From: an uncultured Nitrospiraceae bacterium
GTDB lineage: Bacteria; Nitrospirota; Nitrospiria; Nitrospirales; Nitrospiraceae
Assembly (NCBI GenBank): GCA_963846575.1
Contig: CAWJWJ010000002.1
Span: 96,001 to 160,000, forward strand
DNA length: 64,000 nucleotides
Reading direction: 5' to 3'
Shown: positions 31,966 to 42,709 of the stretch, piece by piece
Numbering within the stretch: the stretch's first letter is position 1
How the letters are laid out: each line of letters opens with the position of its first letter
Program-made: the position numbers and the translations under genes
The notes under the pieces: model-generated
What the model saw: the letters and a program-made list of their open reading frames with translations, nothing else
What the model was told of the DNA's origin: nothing
Databases searched by the model: none

Positions 31966-33126
31966 ATGCGTACACAACGCGCCAGGCATGTTCTGATCGT
32001 CGCAGTCATACTCCTCGCGAGTACTGCCGCATCCATCGCGCTCCTGGAGGTGGCCACCGGATATCTCTACGACCGGGCGGGGTTGAATAACGGGAAACGT
32101 ACGGTCGATCTCTATTTAGACCGGCCTACGGATTTTCGTGCGAAGATTAGGGGCGCGGACAATGCGTCCGTGATGCCTCATCCATACCTGCTCTATACCC
32201 ATACTCCGGGTTTTATCGCGGACGGATACCAGCAAACCAATTCACTGGGGTACCGGAACGAGGAGTTTACGGTTGAAAAGCCGGTCAACACGATTCGAAT
32301 TCTGGTATTAGGTGGGTCGACCACCTTTATGTGGCCGTACGTCAAGAATCCCGCCGACACATGGGTGGCGCGTCTCGAAGCCAAGCTCCAGGGGATTTCA
32401 ACTCAACCCGTGCAAGTGATCAATGCCGGCATCAATTATGGGACCAGCGCCGAGGCCGTGGCCGGGTACGTGTTCCGACACCGGTTTCTGGAGCCTGATA
32501 TCGTGATTTATCACGGAGGGGGGAATGATGTCCTCCCGTTGTTTTTTGAGAACTACAATCCCGAATATACTCACTTCAGAAGCCAGGGGAGCGGCACGGT
32601 TCCGAGACCGGGAGAACGAAAGATTCTCGCCAACAGCAACATTGGCAAATATTTCTATGCGAGATGGCTTGAGCCGGTCGGGTCGGTTTTTGTGACGAAA
32701 TCTTTCTGGGAAGTGGATCCGAAAGTCGCGCTGGAACGAGTGGAGCGACAGGCTCCTGAAGGTTTTGAGCGGAATCTCGACTATCTGGTGACGATGAGCC
32801 GGATCGCAGGATCAGATGTCATTCTGTTTGGATTCTTACAGGCGAGGAAGGCCTACCTGGGTAAAAATTCTGCATTCAAAGGTTACGAAGACGCGCTGAT
32901 TGTCGGATTGAAAAAAAGTTATGCGGTCATGGAAAAGATTGCGCGCCGGCACGACGTGCCCTTTGTCATTCCTCCTCAAGATCGATTTCAGGACGACTGG
33001 TTCCAGGACAATTGCCATCTCGTTCCTGAGGGCGAGGAAGTCAAGGCGCAGATCATGTTCGAACGACTGCAGGATCATCCACGTTTTTCCAAGGCACGTC
33101 TCGCAGCAGACGCATCGAATCATTGA
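31966..33126 (+). CDS. SGNH/GDSL hydrolase family protein
   Basis: LGGSTT, GGND, DNCH blocks; N-terminal TM. Confidence 0.8.
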   Translation: MRTQRARHVLIVAVILLASTAASIALLEVATGYLYDRAGLNNGKRTVDLYLDRPTDFRAKIRGADNASVMPHPYLLYTHTPGFIADGYQQTNSLGYRNEEFTVEKPVNTIRILVLGGSTTFMWPYVKNPADTWVARLEAKLQGISTQPVQVINAGINYGTSAEAVAGYVFRHRFLEPDIVIYHGGGNDVLPLFFENYNPEYTHFRSQGSGTVPRPGERKILANSNIGKYFYARWLEPVGSVFVTKSFWEVDPKVALERVERQAPEGFERNLDYLVTMSRIAGSDVILFGFLQARKAYLGKNSAFKGYEDALIVGLKKSYAVMEKIARRHDVPFVIPPQDRFQDDWFQDNCHLVPEGEEVKAQIMFERLQDHPRFSKARLAADASNH

Positions 33127-33152
33127 CAGGTGTTTCGCCGTCTGAGTAAGAT
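33123..33152 (+). promoter_or_regulatory. Putative tRNA promoter
   Basis: TTGACA-N18-TAAGAT ending 19 nt before the tRNA. Confidence 0.5.
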
Positions 33153-33171
33153 TGCGCCTCGTTCCCGCCAG

Positions 33172-33247
33172 GCCGGCGTAGCTCAGTTGGCAGAGCAGCG
33201 GTTTCGTAAACCGCAGGTCGGTGGTTCGATTCCACTCGCCGGCTCCA
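33172..33247 (+). tRNA. tRNA-Thr(CGT)
   Basis: 76-nt cloverleaf; anticodon arm GCGGT-TTCGTAA-ACCGC; GGTTCGATTCC T-arm; encoded CCA. Confidence 0.97.
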
Positions 33248-33252
33248 CAAAA

Positions 33253-34323
33253 TCAATGTGTTAGAGAGACCTCTCCGATCCGGCCCAGCGGCTGTGCTAA
33301 ATTTGTGCTAATTGGTCGCCGCACATCCAGTACTTCCACTCCATCCCGCAGACTTTCTGGATAGTGATGGGCATAGCGCTGTGTCATGACCGGCGACTTA
33401 TGCCCTAGCAACCGCTGCACCTTGTAGAGATCCACTCCGGCCTGGACCATGCGCGTCGCGAACGTGTGCCGAAGATCATGAAAATGGAGATCCTGGATCT
33501 TCGCGGTCTTGAGCGCGCTGTTCAGGCATCGTCGGATGTTGCTTCCATCAAGCTGCGTACCAGTCTGGCTATGAAACACCAAATTATTCGCCGTCTGACG
33601 GATAGTGTATTTCTCGCTGAGTAATCCGAGGACGGTGTGATTGGCTGGAATGGTCCGCCGTTCTCCGTTTTTGGATCGAAAGACCGTCACGCTGCGCCGA
33701 TTTAGATCGACACCGGCCCAGGTCAACGAAACGATCTCTCCCATCCGCATCCCCGTATGGATCGCAAAGACCAACAGTTCTCGCAGCCAGGGCAATGCCG
33801 CCTGAAGCAAGCACTGCTCCTCTTCAAGCGTGAGCCAGCGATCACGAGTATTGTTTTCCCGTTCCATGGAGACTCGACAGACGGGATTGTCGCTACACCA
33901 TTCCCACTCTCGGCGAGCGAGATTGAAGGCCTTTTTCAATGTGCTTAATTCTCGGTTAATCGTGGCGGGTTTAACCCCATCGGCATAGCGCTTATTCTTA
34001 TAGGCCACGATGTGTTTGGGTGTGATCTGGCTCAGCTTCGGATTCCCGAAGTACGCACGGAGATGTGTTACGCTCGTGCCATTCCGCCGGGAGTTGGCTC
34101 GCCTTGCCGCATGCTCCGTACTATATCGATCCATCAATTCACTGAAGGTCCGAGATTCTTCTTTCGATTTCTCGAAGAAGCGCCCTTCAATGATCTGAGC
34201 CTTCACCTTGCCAAGAATCGCGTCAGCCATCCGTCTGTCAGCCGTTCCTGTTGATCTTCGGACTTGCTGCCCCTGATACGTAAATGACATCCACCATGTA
34301 TTGTTCCGTTTAACGAGCCCCAT
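33253..34323 (-). CDS. Tyrosine integrase (element 1)
   Basis: HTGMR, FHDLRH, LLGH, TQRY; AGGAGG RBS before the ATG at 34323. Confidence 0.95.
   Translation of the reverse strand: MGLVKRNNTWWMSFTYQGQQVRRSTGTADRRMADAILGKVKAQIIEGRFFEKSKEESRTFSELMDRYSTEHAARRANSRRNGTSVTHLRAYFGNPKLSQITPKHIVAYKNKRYADGVKPATINRELSTLKKAFNLARREWEWCSDNPVCRVSMERENNTRDRWLTLEEEQCLLQAALPWLRELLVFAIHTGMRMGEIVSLTWAGVDLNRRSVTVFRSKNGERRTIPANHTVLGLLSEKYTIRQTANNLVFHSQTGTQLDGSNIRRCLNSALKTAKIQDLHFHDLRHTFATRMVQAGVDLYKVQRLLGHKSPVMTQRYAHHYPESLRDGVEVLDVRRPISTNLAQPLGRIGEVSLTH
33293..33311. repeat. TGTGCTAAATTTGTGCTAA, putative integrase arm-type site pair (left)
   Basis: Identical 19-mer at 44862-44880. Confidence 0.75.
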
Positions 34324-34621
34324 GCTGCTCCTCCTTCGTGCGTGGGCTCGGTGTGATGGTTTCCCCGTGGCCGGAAGTATAGACGGCACGTTTGGCCGCG
34401 GCAATCAGGTTCTCTACGTCGTTAGAATCCTGGCGGGTCGGCAGCGGGCACGGCTTGACGGGGTTGGCCCCAAAGCCCTTCAGCCAGGCCTGGATGGCGT
34501 CAGGTTCGAATCGGATGAGGCCATGAATGCGACGGCACGGAATCTTGTTCCGTGAGACCCAGAGATAGAGCGTGGATTGTTTGATATTGAGCCACGCGGA
34601 GAGTTCTTTGACGGTGAGCAT
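34310..34621 (-). CDS. Excisionase-like HTH protein (HTH_17)
   Basis: MLTVKELSAWLNIKQSTLYLWV...IPCRRIHGLIRF; overlaps the integrase start. Confidence 0.85.
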   Translation of the reverse strand: MLTVKELSAWLNIKQSTLYLWVSRNKIPCRRIHGLIRFEPDAIQAWLKGFGANPVKPCPLPTRQDSNDVENLIAAAKRAVYTSGHGETITPSPRTKEEQHGAR

Positions 34622-34664
34622 GATGCAGATACACCGGGGGCGTCTCTCGACACCCCCAGTCCCC

Positions 34665-35676
34665 CTAACATGGGCTGCCCGCGTTCCCGCCGGCAGACGA
34701 CGTGTGAAACCGAGTGGGTGGTTGCTTGAGCAAGTTCCGGTGCCGGTCTTTCCACCGGGAGATGCCCCTGACAATTTCGTGCTGTAGCCATTCTTCCCCT
34801 CCAGGGGTGGCACAGATGACCGCCAGCATTGGCGTCAGGGTGTCGCTCACCCATCGTTTCACATCTTGCAGGGTCTGCACCTGCGTCTCCTGGGCTAATC
34901 GCCCCTTTTGAAATCCCTCCGTCAGAAGGGCGTACCACTCCAGCACTGGAGCCCGGTACCGTTCTTCATCCTCGGCATCCTTCGGGATCTGCCGGAAATC
35001 CACATAGGACCGGAGTAAGCCGATCACCAACTCCTTCCAGTCGGTTTCGTCTAAGGTGGCCAATGCGCGGGCACATTGTTCGGCGCGATCCTTCTTCAGT
35101 TCTAATTCCCATCGAGTCGCCATACTCCTCCCAGTTCTCCTGGTCCTTACTCTTGAGTTCGAGACGCTTGTCGTAAATGCGCAAGAGGGTCTGACTCTGC
35201 GGACTGCCGAAATACATCGTCTCGCCGGTCGTCGCTCCGTCCCCATGCGTCAGGTTGGAGACAATGTGTCGGACCTGTGCCGCACGCGTCACACATTGGC
35301 CGGCAGCGACGGCCTCTCGAACCGTCGAGACGGAGACGGTCGCAGCTCGATCATCGAGCGCACAGTCGATTCGAGTCACGTGCCCTTGCTGTGCATGAAC
35401 CCACTTCAGGAGCACTCGAATCTGATCGAGTGTGAGCGCAGAGACCAAACCGCCCGAGAGATCGACATGGATTTCATTCGGACGACGAGGCGCGTTCGTG
35501 CCCAGTTTGCCCACTCCTCGCAGTCCATCTGTCTTGATCCATGAGAGGGGATAGCCTCGAAAGCCACCTTTGGCCCGACTCCACTCTCCACCGAGGACCT
35601 TCATGGTCTCTTGAGGATTGCTGGCCAGGACCGTAAAGGCCAACCAATCAATGGAGAGCGTGAACGTAGAATCCAT
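34665..35676 (-). CDS. Rep_trans-family replication initiator/relaxase (frameshift near 35119)
   Basis: IDWLAFT, TRIDCALDD, GETMYFGS, LRIYDKRLE, then RWELELK in the second frame. Confidence 0.85.
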
Positions 35677-35715
35677 GGAACCTATCGACCTCCTGTAAGG
35701 AGCGCTGTAGGTAGC

Positions 35716-35740
35716 GCCCCCGTGTTACCAAGACGGGGGC
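35716..35740 (-). other. Hairpin, candidate nick site (dso/oriT) for Rep_trans
   Basis: Minus strand GCCCCCGT-CTTGGTAAC-ACGGGGGC about 40 nt upstream of rep. Confidence 0.55.
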
Positions 35741-35821
35741 CATTCCGGTCCGCCCCGCAGCCTGCCGGCATGCGGCGCGGACCGGCTTTGCCTGTTGATG
35801 GTGAGACGGATAGCACTGTTC

Positions 35822-36067
35822 TCAGCGTCCTTCCTGTGCCGGTCGGGTGAGCTTCTGTCGCACGACGGCAAACGCCTTCTCGCCCACTTCTCTCGCCACT
35901 ATCTTGATCGCCTCGGGCTTGCCATCCATGACCATGCTCATGAGGACCGCCCCGCGCACATACTTGGAGACGGTCGTGCCTTCTTCTTGAGCGCATTTCT
36001 CGATAAGCTTCCGTTCCTGCCCGGTGACCTTGAACTGGAGCGTTTCTGTCTTTGTTTCTTCCTTCAT
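35822..36067 (-). CDS. Ribbon-helix-helix (CopG/DUF1778-like) regulator
   Basis: TLQFKVT...TVSKYVR pattern; preceded by TTGACA-N17-TATTGT on the minus strand (36117-36089). Confidence 0.7.
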   Translation of the reverse strand: MKEETKTETLQFKVTGQERKLIEKCAQEEGTTVSKYVRGAVLMSMVMDGKPEAIKIVAREVGEKAFAVVRQKLTRPAQEGR

Positions 36068-36554
36068 GGGATACTCATAGTAGAATATACAATATAATAG
36101 GTACATAGTCATGTCAAATGGCGCTATTTTGGGGTTCCACGGGTTCCTGTTTCTGACCGCTGGTCTAGCTACGAGCAAGAGTGTTCAGTAAGAAGGAGAC
36201 CATCTTGCACAGAAACGCATTTAACTGATCAACACCTCGAGAATTGCAACCGGAAGTGGCAGGAGAGATGCAGACGACAGTCTCCTGGCCTGACGTGAGA
36301 ACCAGGCGTCTTCCTGACTACGTGTTCTGTTCACTACATCGAGGATAAATAGAGACGCAGAAAACTGGTGGACCTGTTCTCTACCCTTTCGATGTGGCGT
36401 CGATTTCTCAGGGCACGGTGAGAAACAGAGCTCTCACTCCTGATTGAGAATGTGAGCCATTTTATACAGACGCGACAGAGGGCAAGCGCCCAGCATGAAG
36501 AGTGCGGTTGAACCGAATCTGAACATGCTCATTTTTTACTCTAGGAGGGTCGTG

Positions 36555-37031
36555 GTGAATTACCGATACGGAGTAGGCGGTGTGGTCTGTGCCAGTCTCG
36601 TGTTCGCGACGGCAGCCTACGCCGAGATACTAGGCAAGGAGCCTGGCACGTCGAGCAACCCGAAAGATAATGTTCCCAAGAAGATTCAACGGAGCACCCC
36701 AGGCGGAGGTACTTTTGGGGTAGGTGGTAGCGGGCCAGGTACCCGGAGTGACGATTTGGTCGACATGAAAAAGGAGAAACCGGAGCCGGTGACTCTTGAT
36801 GATATGGAGAAAAATGTCGAAAAGACCCATGGCGGCGACTCGGCGATGGCGGCGGAGAAATTGAAAGAGAAAAGTATGCAGAGTGTGAACACGGATAAGA
36901 TGCAGAAGAGATCCCGAGAGCTGCACTCGGATAAGACCGTGCAAGGGCAGGATTTGGTGAATGGGCAACCGATGGACAAACAACAACCAGCCAATCGGTG
37001 TGCTGCTGAACGGGGCGCTAGTCACAAATAA
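36555..37031 (+). CDS. Secreted hypothetical protein
   Basis: AGGAGG RBS, signal peptide ending AYA, charged low-complexity body; ORF open from 36495. Confidence 0.6.
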   Translation: MNYRYGVGGVVCASLVFATAAYAEILGKEPGTSSNPKDNVPKKIQRSTPGGGTFGVGGSGPGTRSDDLVDMKKEKPEPVTLDDMEKNVEKTHGGDSAMAAEKLKEKSMQSVNTDKMQKRSRELHSDKTVQGQDLVNGQPMDKQQPANRCAAERGASHK

Positions 37032-37185
37032 ACGCACCGTCGGCCGACCCACACGGAAACGGGGACCTGTGAGCGATACGTTTGGCGATCCTCACGTCAA
37101 CTCCAGAAGACGACCTCCCGATCACAGATCGGGATCGTCTGCTGTCGCGGAAAGAACAGTGTGTGCAACACGGGAGGTGTTTCTT

Positions 37186-37545
37186 ATGAGACTCTTGACA
37201 GTCGGAATGATAGGACTCGTGTCGGTTGCCATGACAGGACTTGCCATGGCGAATCCTGCGCTCCTGCCGAACCATCCAGGGTACCCCTCGCAGGGAGAGT
37301 TTGCGAACGACACGGGGAGACAGAATCTTACCCACAGTGAATCCATGCGGGATGCGGCGGTCTCGGGGAATGCGAACATCGTCCAGGATCTTGAGGATCC
37401 GAATAACCCGAAGCAGTTGCGAAAGGAAGGGGCGGGCGGGTTGTCGTTGGAGCAAGCGGCGGGCGGCGCGGCCCTCAAGAACGCGGCGAAGGACCCCACG
37501 ATGGCACCGCCGGTGACCAAGACGGCTCCGCTCCCTAAGCCGTAG
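37186..37545 (+). CDS. Secreted hypothetical protein (ANPALLPNHPGYP)
   Basis: GGAGG RBS; signal peptide ending AMA. Confidence 0.65.
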   Translation: MRLLTVGMIGLVSVAMTGLAMANPALLPNHPGYPSQGEFANDTGRQNLTHSESMRDAAVSGNANIVQDLEDPNNPKQLRKEGAGGLSLEQAAGGAALKNAAKDPTMAPPVTKTAPLPKP

Positions 37546-37551
37546 CCCATT

Positions 37552-37590
37552 CTGGCCGGCGAGGTGCGCGAGCCGCACCTCGCCGGCCAG
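37552..37590. repeat. Perfect 17-bp GC-rich stem-loop
   Basis: CTGGCCGGCGAGGTGCG-N5-CGCACCTCGCCGGCCAG just after a stop codon; no T tract. Confidence 0.8.
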
Positions 37591-37723
37591 TATGACCAGA
37601 CGGGGGAGATATCGTTTGCTGGTCATGCGCCTCATCGAACGCGTATTCCAGAGGCGGAGACTGCCGGATTCACCTGAGGGTGTCGACACTGCGTCTCACG
37701 CAGAAGGAAAGCTATATTAATCC

Positions 37724-38602
37724 CCCCTGTTTCGAGTGTTCCGGCTTCAACGGACGGTGGTCGAACTGGTCGTCGTGGCCGATAGCTTTCATACCAAGCC
37801 CCTGCGACACGCGCGGCAATCGACCGACCGGTATCAGGTGCTCGGGCTGAGCTTGCGCGAGATTCAACTCTTTGAGGGGAACCGAGACGTGCTCGACGAG
37901 ATCGATCCAGCTCCGGAAGTGGTGCGGACAATCACCGACGCCTCGAGCAATGGGCTCACCGAGCCGAACCAGTCGGTCGCCTCGTATGGCAGTGGTGGAG
38001 GGGTGAGCCGGCCCACGCACCACAGCCAGGGCGGGCCGAAGGAGGTGGAAGACACCGATGCCGATCGGTTCTTCCGAGCCGTCGACCGGGCGGTGTTGGA
38101 GCACCATTCCAAGCCGTCGGGCCTGCCGCTGATCCTGGCGGCGTTGCCGGAGCACCATCACCGTTTCCGCCAAGTCAGCCACAACCCATTTCTTCTGCCC
38201 GAGGGGATCCCGGTCAACCCCGACTCTGTGCCGGCGGCGGAACTCCGCACCCTCGTCCGGCAGGCCGTCGAGCCGCAGTATCAATCTCGGCTGGCCGAGC
38301 TGAGCCAAGAGTTCGAACAGGCCCGATCCAAGGGGCATGGCAGTGACGACCTGGCCGAGGTCGCCCAGGCCGCCGCCGTCGGCCAGGTCGCCACGCTGCA
38401 GATAGAGGCTGACCGCCAGATTGCCGGCCGGCTGGACAGTGCGACCAGCTAGGTCGCATTCGCTGACCTGAGCCACCCGAAAGTCGATGACTTGCTCGAC
38501 GATCTGAGCGAGCTGGTTGAAAAGATGGGTGGCCGTGTCCTGGTCATTCCCGCCGAGCGGATGCCGGGGCAGATGGGACTCGCGGCCACCTACCGACATT
38601 GA
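37724..38602 (+). pseudogene. baeRF3-like release-factor-family gene, 5'-truncated with an internal TAG (38450-38452)
   Basis: VADSFHTKPL, FFRAVDRAVL, PLILAALPEH; the frame continues after TAG as DDLLDDL...GGRVLVIPAERMP...YRH. Confidence 0.7.
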
Positions 38603-38628
38603 CCCCCATATTTACAAAGGAAAACACC

Positions 38629-39000
38629 ATGCAGATTCAAATCAACACCGACCGGAATATCGAGGGTCACGAGGCGCTGGCTGATCAGGTCAGAGGCGTC
38701 GTGGCGAGCGCCATGAGCCGGCACGAGGATCACATCACGCGAATTGAGGTCCATTTGAGCGATGAGAACAGCGCCAAGAAAGGCGGCCATGACGACATCC
38801 GTTGCATGATGGAAGCCCGCCTCGAGGGGCGCCAACCCGTCGCGGTCACGCACCAAGGCGCAAACATGGACCAAGCCGTCGACGGCGCGGCAGAGAAGCT
38901 GACCAGCGTAATCGAGAGCATCCTCGAGCGGCTCCGCGATCAAGAGCGTCACAGGACTGACCCACCTCCGTCCGGACCGACAACCCCCGAGCAGTCATGA
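38629..39000 (+). CDS. HPF/RaiA-family ribosome-associated protein
   Basis: MQIQINTD, ITRIEVHLSDEN, RCMMEARLEG. Confidence 0.88.
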   Translation: MQIQINTDRNIEGHEALADQVRGVVASAMSRHEDHITRIEVHLSDENSAKKGGHDDIRCMMEARLEGRQPVAVTHQGANMDQAVDGAAEKLTSVIESILERLRDQERHRTDPPPSGPTTPEQS

Positions 39001-39776
39001 GCGACAGCACGAGGATTCTGGGCCGGAAGATCAACCGTGCTGAAGATCTCCAGTCCAGCGGCTCAACCTTTGAAGGCCCAGGAGAATTTGCTGAAGACTC
39101 CCTCCGGCTCTACTGCCTCGGATGAGACTCGGGCGGAACAACCGGCGGGATGATCGAAAGATCACTGCGGGAGGGTTACGAAAGGACGAGTCTGGTGGCC
39201 AGCCATGCAGGAAAGCTACCGGTCTGTGTCGTCAATCATCATCGTCGCCAACGGACTGCCACTTCAGAATGAGAGAGAAAATTAGCACACATGTCACAGT
39301 AGAGGAGATGGCAAGTGGCAATAAAGCGGATGGGCAAGTTTCCAAAGGCGTTTCGGCAGAGGGCCATGGACCTACTCAAGCAGTAACAGCTGGAGGGGGC
39401 AGAAAGAGAGACGATGGAAAACAAGTGCGCTGATAACAAACTGTCTCAACCAAGGGGTTCGCTCAAAAACCCGTGCTAGATTTGTCGTGAAAAATGTCAG
39501 AGCCCTCACTAGTGGTTCTACTAGTAGAGCCAATGGAATACCGCTAACCGCTCAACTCAAAACAGAAAACTGCGAAAGGTTCGCAAAGGTCAAGCCACTG
39601 TAAATTCTGCTCTGTCTCGATTCTCAAGGCTCAGGGTGTGCGTGTGCAAATTCGTTTTGGTCTCGACTGTACTTGCGAGCGCGATCGTTCCAGGCTTAAA
39701 ATGCTTTCACCTATGTAATCAATAAAACGAGGAACCTTCGCTCAATCCCCTTATGGCCCGCCTCGACGGGAGACTT

Positions 39777-40430
39777 ATGGCGCGCAAACCCTCCACTGCA
39801 TTCAACCCCACAGCCTTCCTGGCCAAAGTTGGCAGCGGAAAAACCATTCTCAAGTCTAAGAAGAAAGACGTGCTGTTTGCACAAGGCGATCGAGCTGACG
39901 CCGTCTTTTATATTCAGGAGGGACGGGTCAAGCTCACCGTGGTTTCAGCCAAGGGCAAGGAAGCAGTCGTCGCCATTCTTGAGCGTACGGACTTTATGGG
40001 AGAAGGTTGTCTGGCCGGGCAACCGCTGCGGCTGGCCACCGCTACGGCCTTAGACGCCTCGACAATTGTGCGCATCGATAAAGCCGCGATGATCCAAGTC
40101 CTCCACGAAGAATCGACCTTCTCAGAGCTGTTTATGGCGTATCTCCTCTCGCGCAACGCTCGCATCGAAGCCGACCTCGTGGATCAACTCTTTAATTCCA
40201 GCGAGAAGCGATTGGCCCGAGTGTTATTGCTGTTGGCCCATTTCGGAAAAGAAGGCAAGCCGGAACCGGTGATCGCGAAGATCAGTCAGGAAACGCTGGC
40301 CGAGATGGTCGGCACGACGCGATCGCGCATCAGTTTCTTCATGAACAAGTTCCGGAAGCTTGGATTGATCGAGTACAACGGCGGCATGCACATCCACAGC
40401 TCCCTCCTCAACATCGTGTTGCATGACTGA
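39777..40430 (+). CDS. Crp/Fnr-family transcriptional regulator
   Basis: cNMP domain (FMGEGCL) plus HTH SQETLAEMVGTTRSRIS. Confidence 0.93.
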   Translation: MARKPSTAFNPTAFLAKVGSGKTILKSKKKDVLFAQGDRADAVFYIQEGRVKLTVVSAKGKEAVVAILERTDFMGEGCLAGQPLRLATATALDASTIVRIDKAAMIQVLHEESTFSELFMAYLLSRNARIEADLVDQLFNSSEKRLARVLLLLAHFGKEGKPEPVIAKISQETLAEMVGTTRSRISFFMNKFRKLGLIEYNGGMHIHSSLLNIVLHD

Positions 40431-40485
40431 TTGCTTCTCGTCCCGTTCTCGTTTCATGAACCCCGCACAGTGACACCCTCCGCGA

Positions 40486-40529
40486 CTGAGCAACTTTGCT
40501 CAGCCTCCGTCTCACGCAAGGGCTAGTAT
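40486..40529 (+). promoter_or_regulatory. Palindromic operator plus -10 (class II Crp-type promoter, copy 1)
   Basis: CTGAGCAACTTTGCTCAG-N20-TAGTAT. Confidence 0.65.
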
Positions 40530-41462
40530 GGGTACGTCTGCATAGCCCGCGTGACGCAAGTCAGTGGCACAAGCAGAGGAGGGAATCGCCATCCTCTTCA
40601 GCCCATGAACCCTCCAGGCACCGAAGGAGGAGGGTTGGAACTGTTTCTGTCGAAGCAATATGAAACTTGAACTTCTCAGCGGACTCTTTCCCGACGCCGC
40701 AGGGCCCGAGAATGATCGGTATCTGGCCAGGGCAACGCATCGGATAAGGGTGGCAATGGAGAATGAAATGGACCGCTAACACCGTAGGAGGATTGAGGTG
40801 GAGGAGAAAACGTCTGAAACGAGCCCACTGACACTGAAGGAACTGGGTGAGATGTTAGTGCGACACGCTGAAAACAGCCCGATTGGAACGGTTATTAAGG
40901 CGGCGATGACACGACGGCGGCCCGAGACATCCGAAGTTCCGGTGAGCCATACTTCCGGAATCCGCCGTACAGGCCACATGGAGTGATTTCGAGCGGAGAA
41001 TGGGCCACTACTTATGCATGACCAACAGGCTGAAGCCAACGCGGTGCTGGCTGTCATCGAACCGCGCCGGAGCGAATCAGTCAAACAGGTGCTCGTGAAG
41101 GCTGCCAAGCCTTCCGCGTCCGAGAGGGTAAAAACCACAAAGCAGCCCTCCTCCGGTCGCTCAAAATCGAAACACACCTTCAAATCATGAGTCCTGGCCG
41201 TCTCCTGCGGCGTCTGTTGTTCATCTTCTGGTGCATATCACACGAGCGCATCATCTTAACGAGCATATGTTCCGTGCGCAGAAATTGTGTGATCGCCTGT
41301 TCGGCCTCCGGATTCAACCGTCGCCTGTGTATCCAGCAGCTTTCCATCATCACTGTACTGGCTGGCGGTGGTGACGCCAGGCATTTCATGAGAGCAGCCA
41401 CAGTAGTCATTGTGATGATCCCGTGAGATTTATGGGCTGTTCCACCGGCAGAATCTTTCACA

Positions 41463-41506
41463 TTGATCAACTTTGACCAGTCAGCCTACCACTCCAAGCC
41501 TAGTAT
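41463..41506 (+). promoter_or_regulatory. Operator plus -10 (copy 2)
   Basis: TTGATCAACTTTGACCAG-N20-TAGTAT. Confidence 0.65.
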
Positions 41507-41623
41507 AGTCGTTCAGATCCACTTGGTGAATGTAGTGAATCTGTAGTGAATGGACCAGTCGGATAACCGGCACATACGGAATGTTGAGCATTCTGGGACG
41601 GGGATAGAAGAGGAGGGGAGACA

Positions 41624-41890
41624 ATGCTCTGTACGCGATGCGGCGGCTTGCTCATCCTGAACTTGTGGAATACGAATGATGGTGTTCAATCAGTGAAGCT
41701 GCTGAGTACTAGGTGCGTGAATTGCGGCTGCATTGATGATGCCGTGATTCGTGGAAACAGACGACGGCAACAGCGGACAAGAATGACGCCGTCCCGCGGA
41801 AGTGCCCACCACGCTAAACTATTGCTGCTTTCCAGAATCAAGCCGCTCACTACCCGGCTCCTTAAACCCGGCACTTCGATCGGGTCCTGA
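41624..41890 (+). CDS. Small protein with two CxxC motifs (Zn-ribbon-like)
   Basis: CTRCGG...RCVNCG; strong RBS. Confidence 0.7.
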   Translation: MLCTRCGGLLILNLWNTNDGVQSVKLLSTRCVNCGCIDDAVIRGNRRRQQRTRMTPSRGSAHHAKLLLLSRIKPLTTRLLKPGTSIGS

Positions 41891-41975
41891 TGCAGCTGCG
41901 GGCAGAGGGTCGGTGGGGCGAGCCAGCGCGAGGCCAGATTTCCGACATATGGGACAATACTCGGAAGGAGATCAT

Positions 41976-42230
41976 ATGAGCACCATGCTTAAGATTGATG
42001 GGTTGGTCGCGTCCATCGATGAACAGGCACTTACCAGCATGTTTTCGCAGTTCGGACATGTGCTCTCCGTGCAGATGTACTCACATGGGACGGCGACCAG
42101 CTCTGGCATTGGGACCGTGGAAATGGAGCACTTAGAGGACGCACAGAAGGCCGTGTTAGCGCTTCATCGATCCTATTTGGAAGGACTCCTGGTACTCGTG
42201 TTCCTTGCTTCTCTTGGGGCGCATCCGTAA
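41976..42230 (+). CDS. RRM-type RNA-binding protein (divergent)
   Basis: LTSMFSQFGHVLSV...GIGTVEM...DAQKAV. Confidence 0.7.
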   Translation: MSTMLKIDGLVASIDEQALTSMFSQFGHVLSVQMYSHGTATSSGIGTVEMEHLEDAQKAVLALHRSYLEGLLVLVFLASLGAHP

Positions 42231-42709
42231 AGAGTACCTTCCTGAGAGTGTGCTGAATTTGTGTTCACACGTTTTTAAATCCATCAATCCCTCTCGAATC
42301 TTTCGATTCCCTGGAAAGCGTCCAAGCATTAGCCGCGATCACGTACATCTTCCAATCGTCCGCTCTGCCTGGGATGAGATATGTGCAGATCTAGGCTGAT
42401 CAGGCTAGGTGGAGAATCCTCGACCCTAGTAAGTGTGTTCTCTCGATGCGTGGGGGATGGCGACCTTATGGCCACTCTACTGGAGAACCTCGCTTAATTG
42501 TGCTCTGAGTTCACTGTCCCGCGTCAGAAGCATGATCATGATAGCGCCTTTCCGGGACGGTAGGGGCGAAGTTGGCTAGTTGCAAACGACCCCTTGTTGC
42601 GCTTGAGAGATTCACCCCAGGGCGTAGCGCGAGCATGGATTGGCTCCCGACGCCACGCCGTTCGCCATAAGGCGCGACGAAGCACTATGGGCCAGACATC
42701 ACACGCAAA

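Noticed and set aside
38450..38452. In-frame TAG in a release-factor-like gene as programmed read-through autoregulation
   Set aside because: The gene also lacks its 5' part (in-frame TAA just upstream of 37721), so simple decay is more likely.
37712..38599. 295-aa minus-strand ORF
   Set aside because: Antisense to the baeRF3-like frame.
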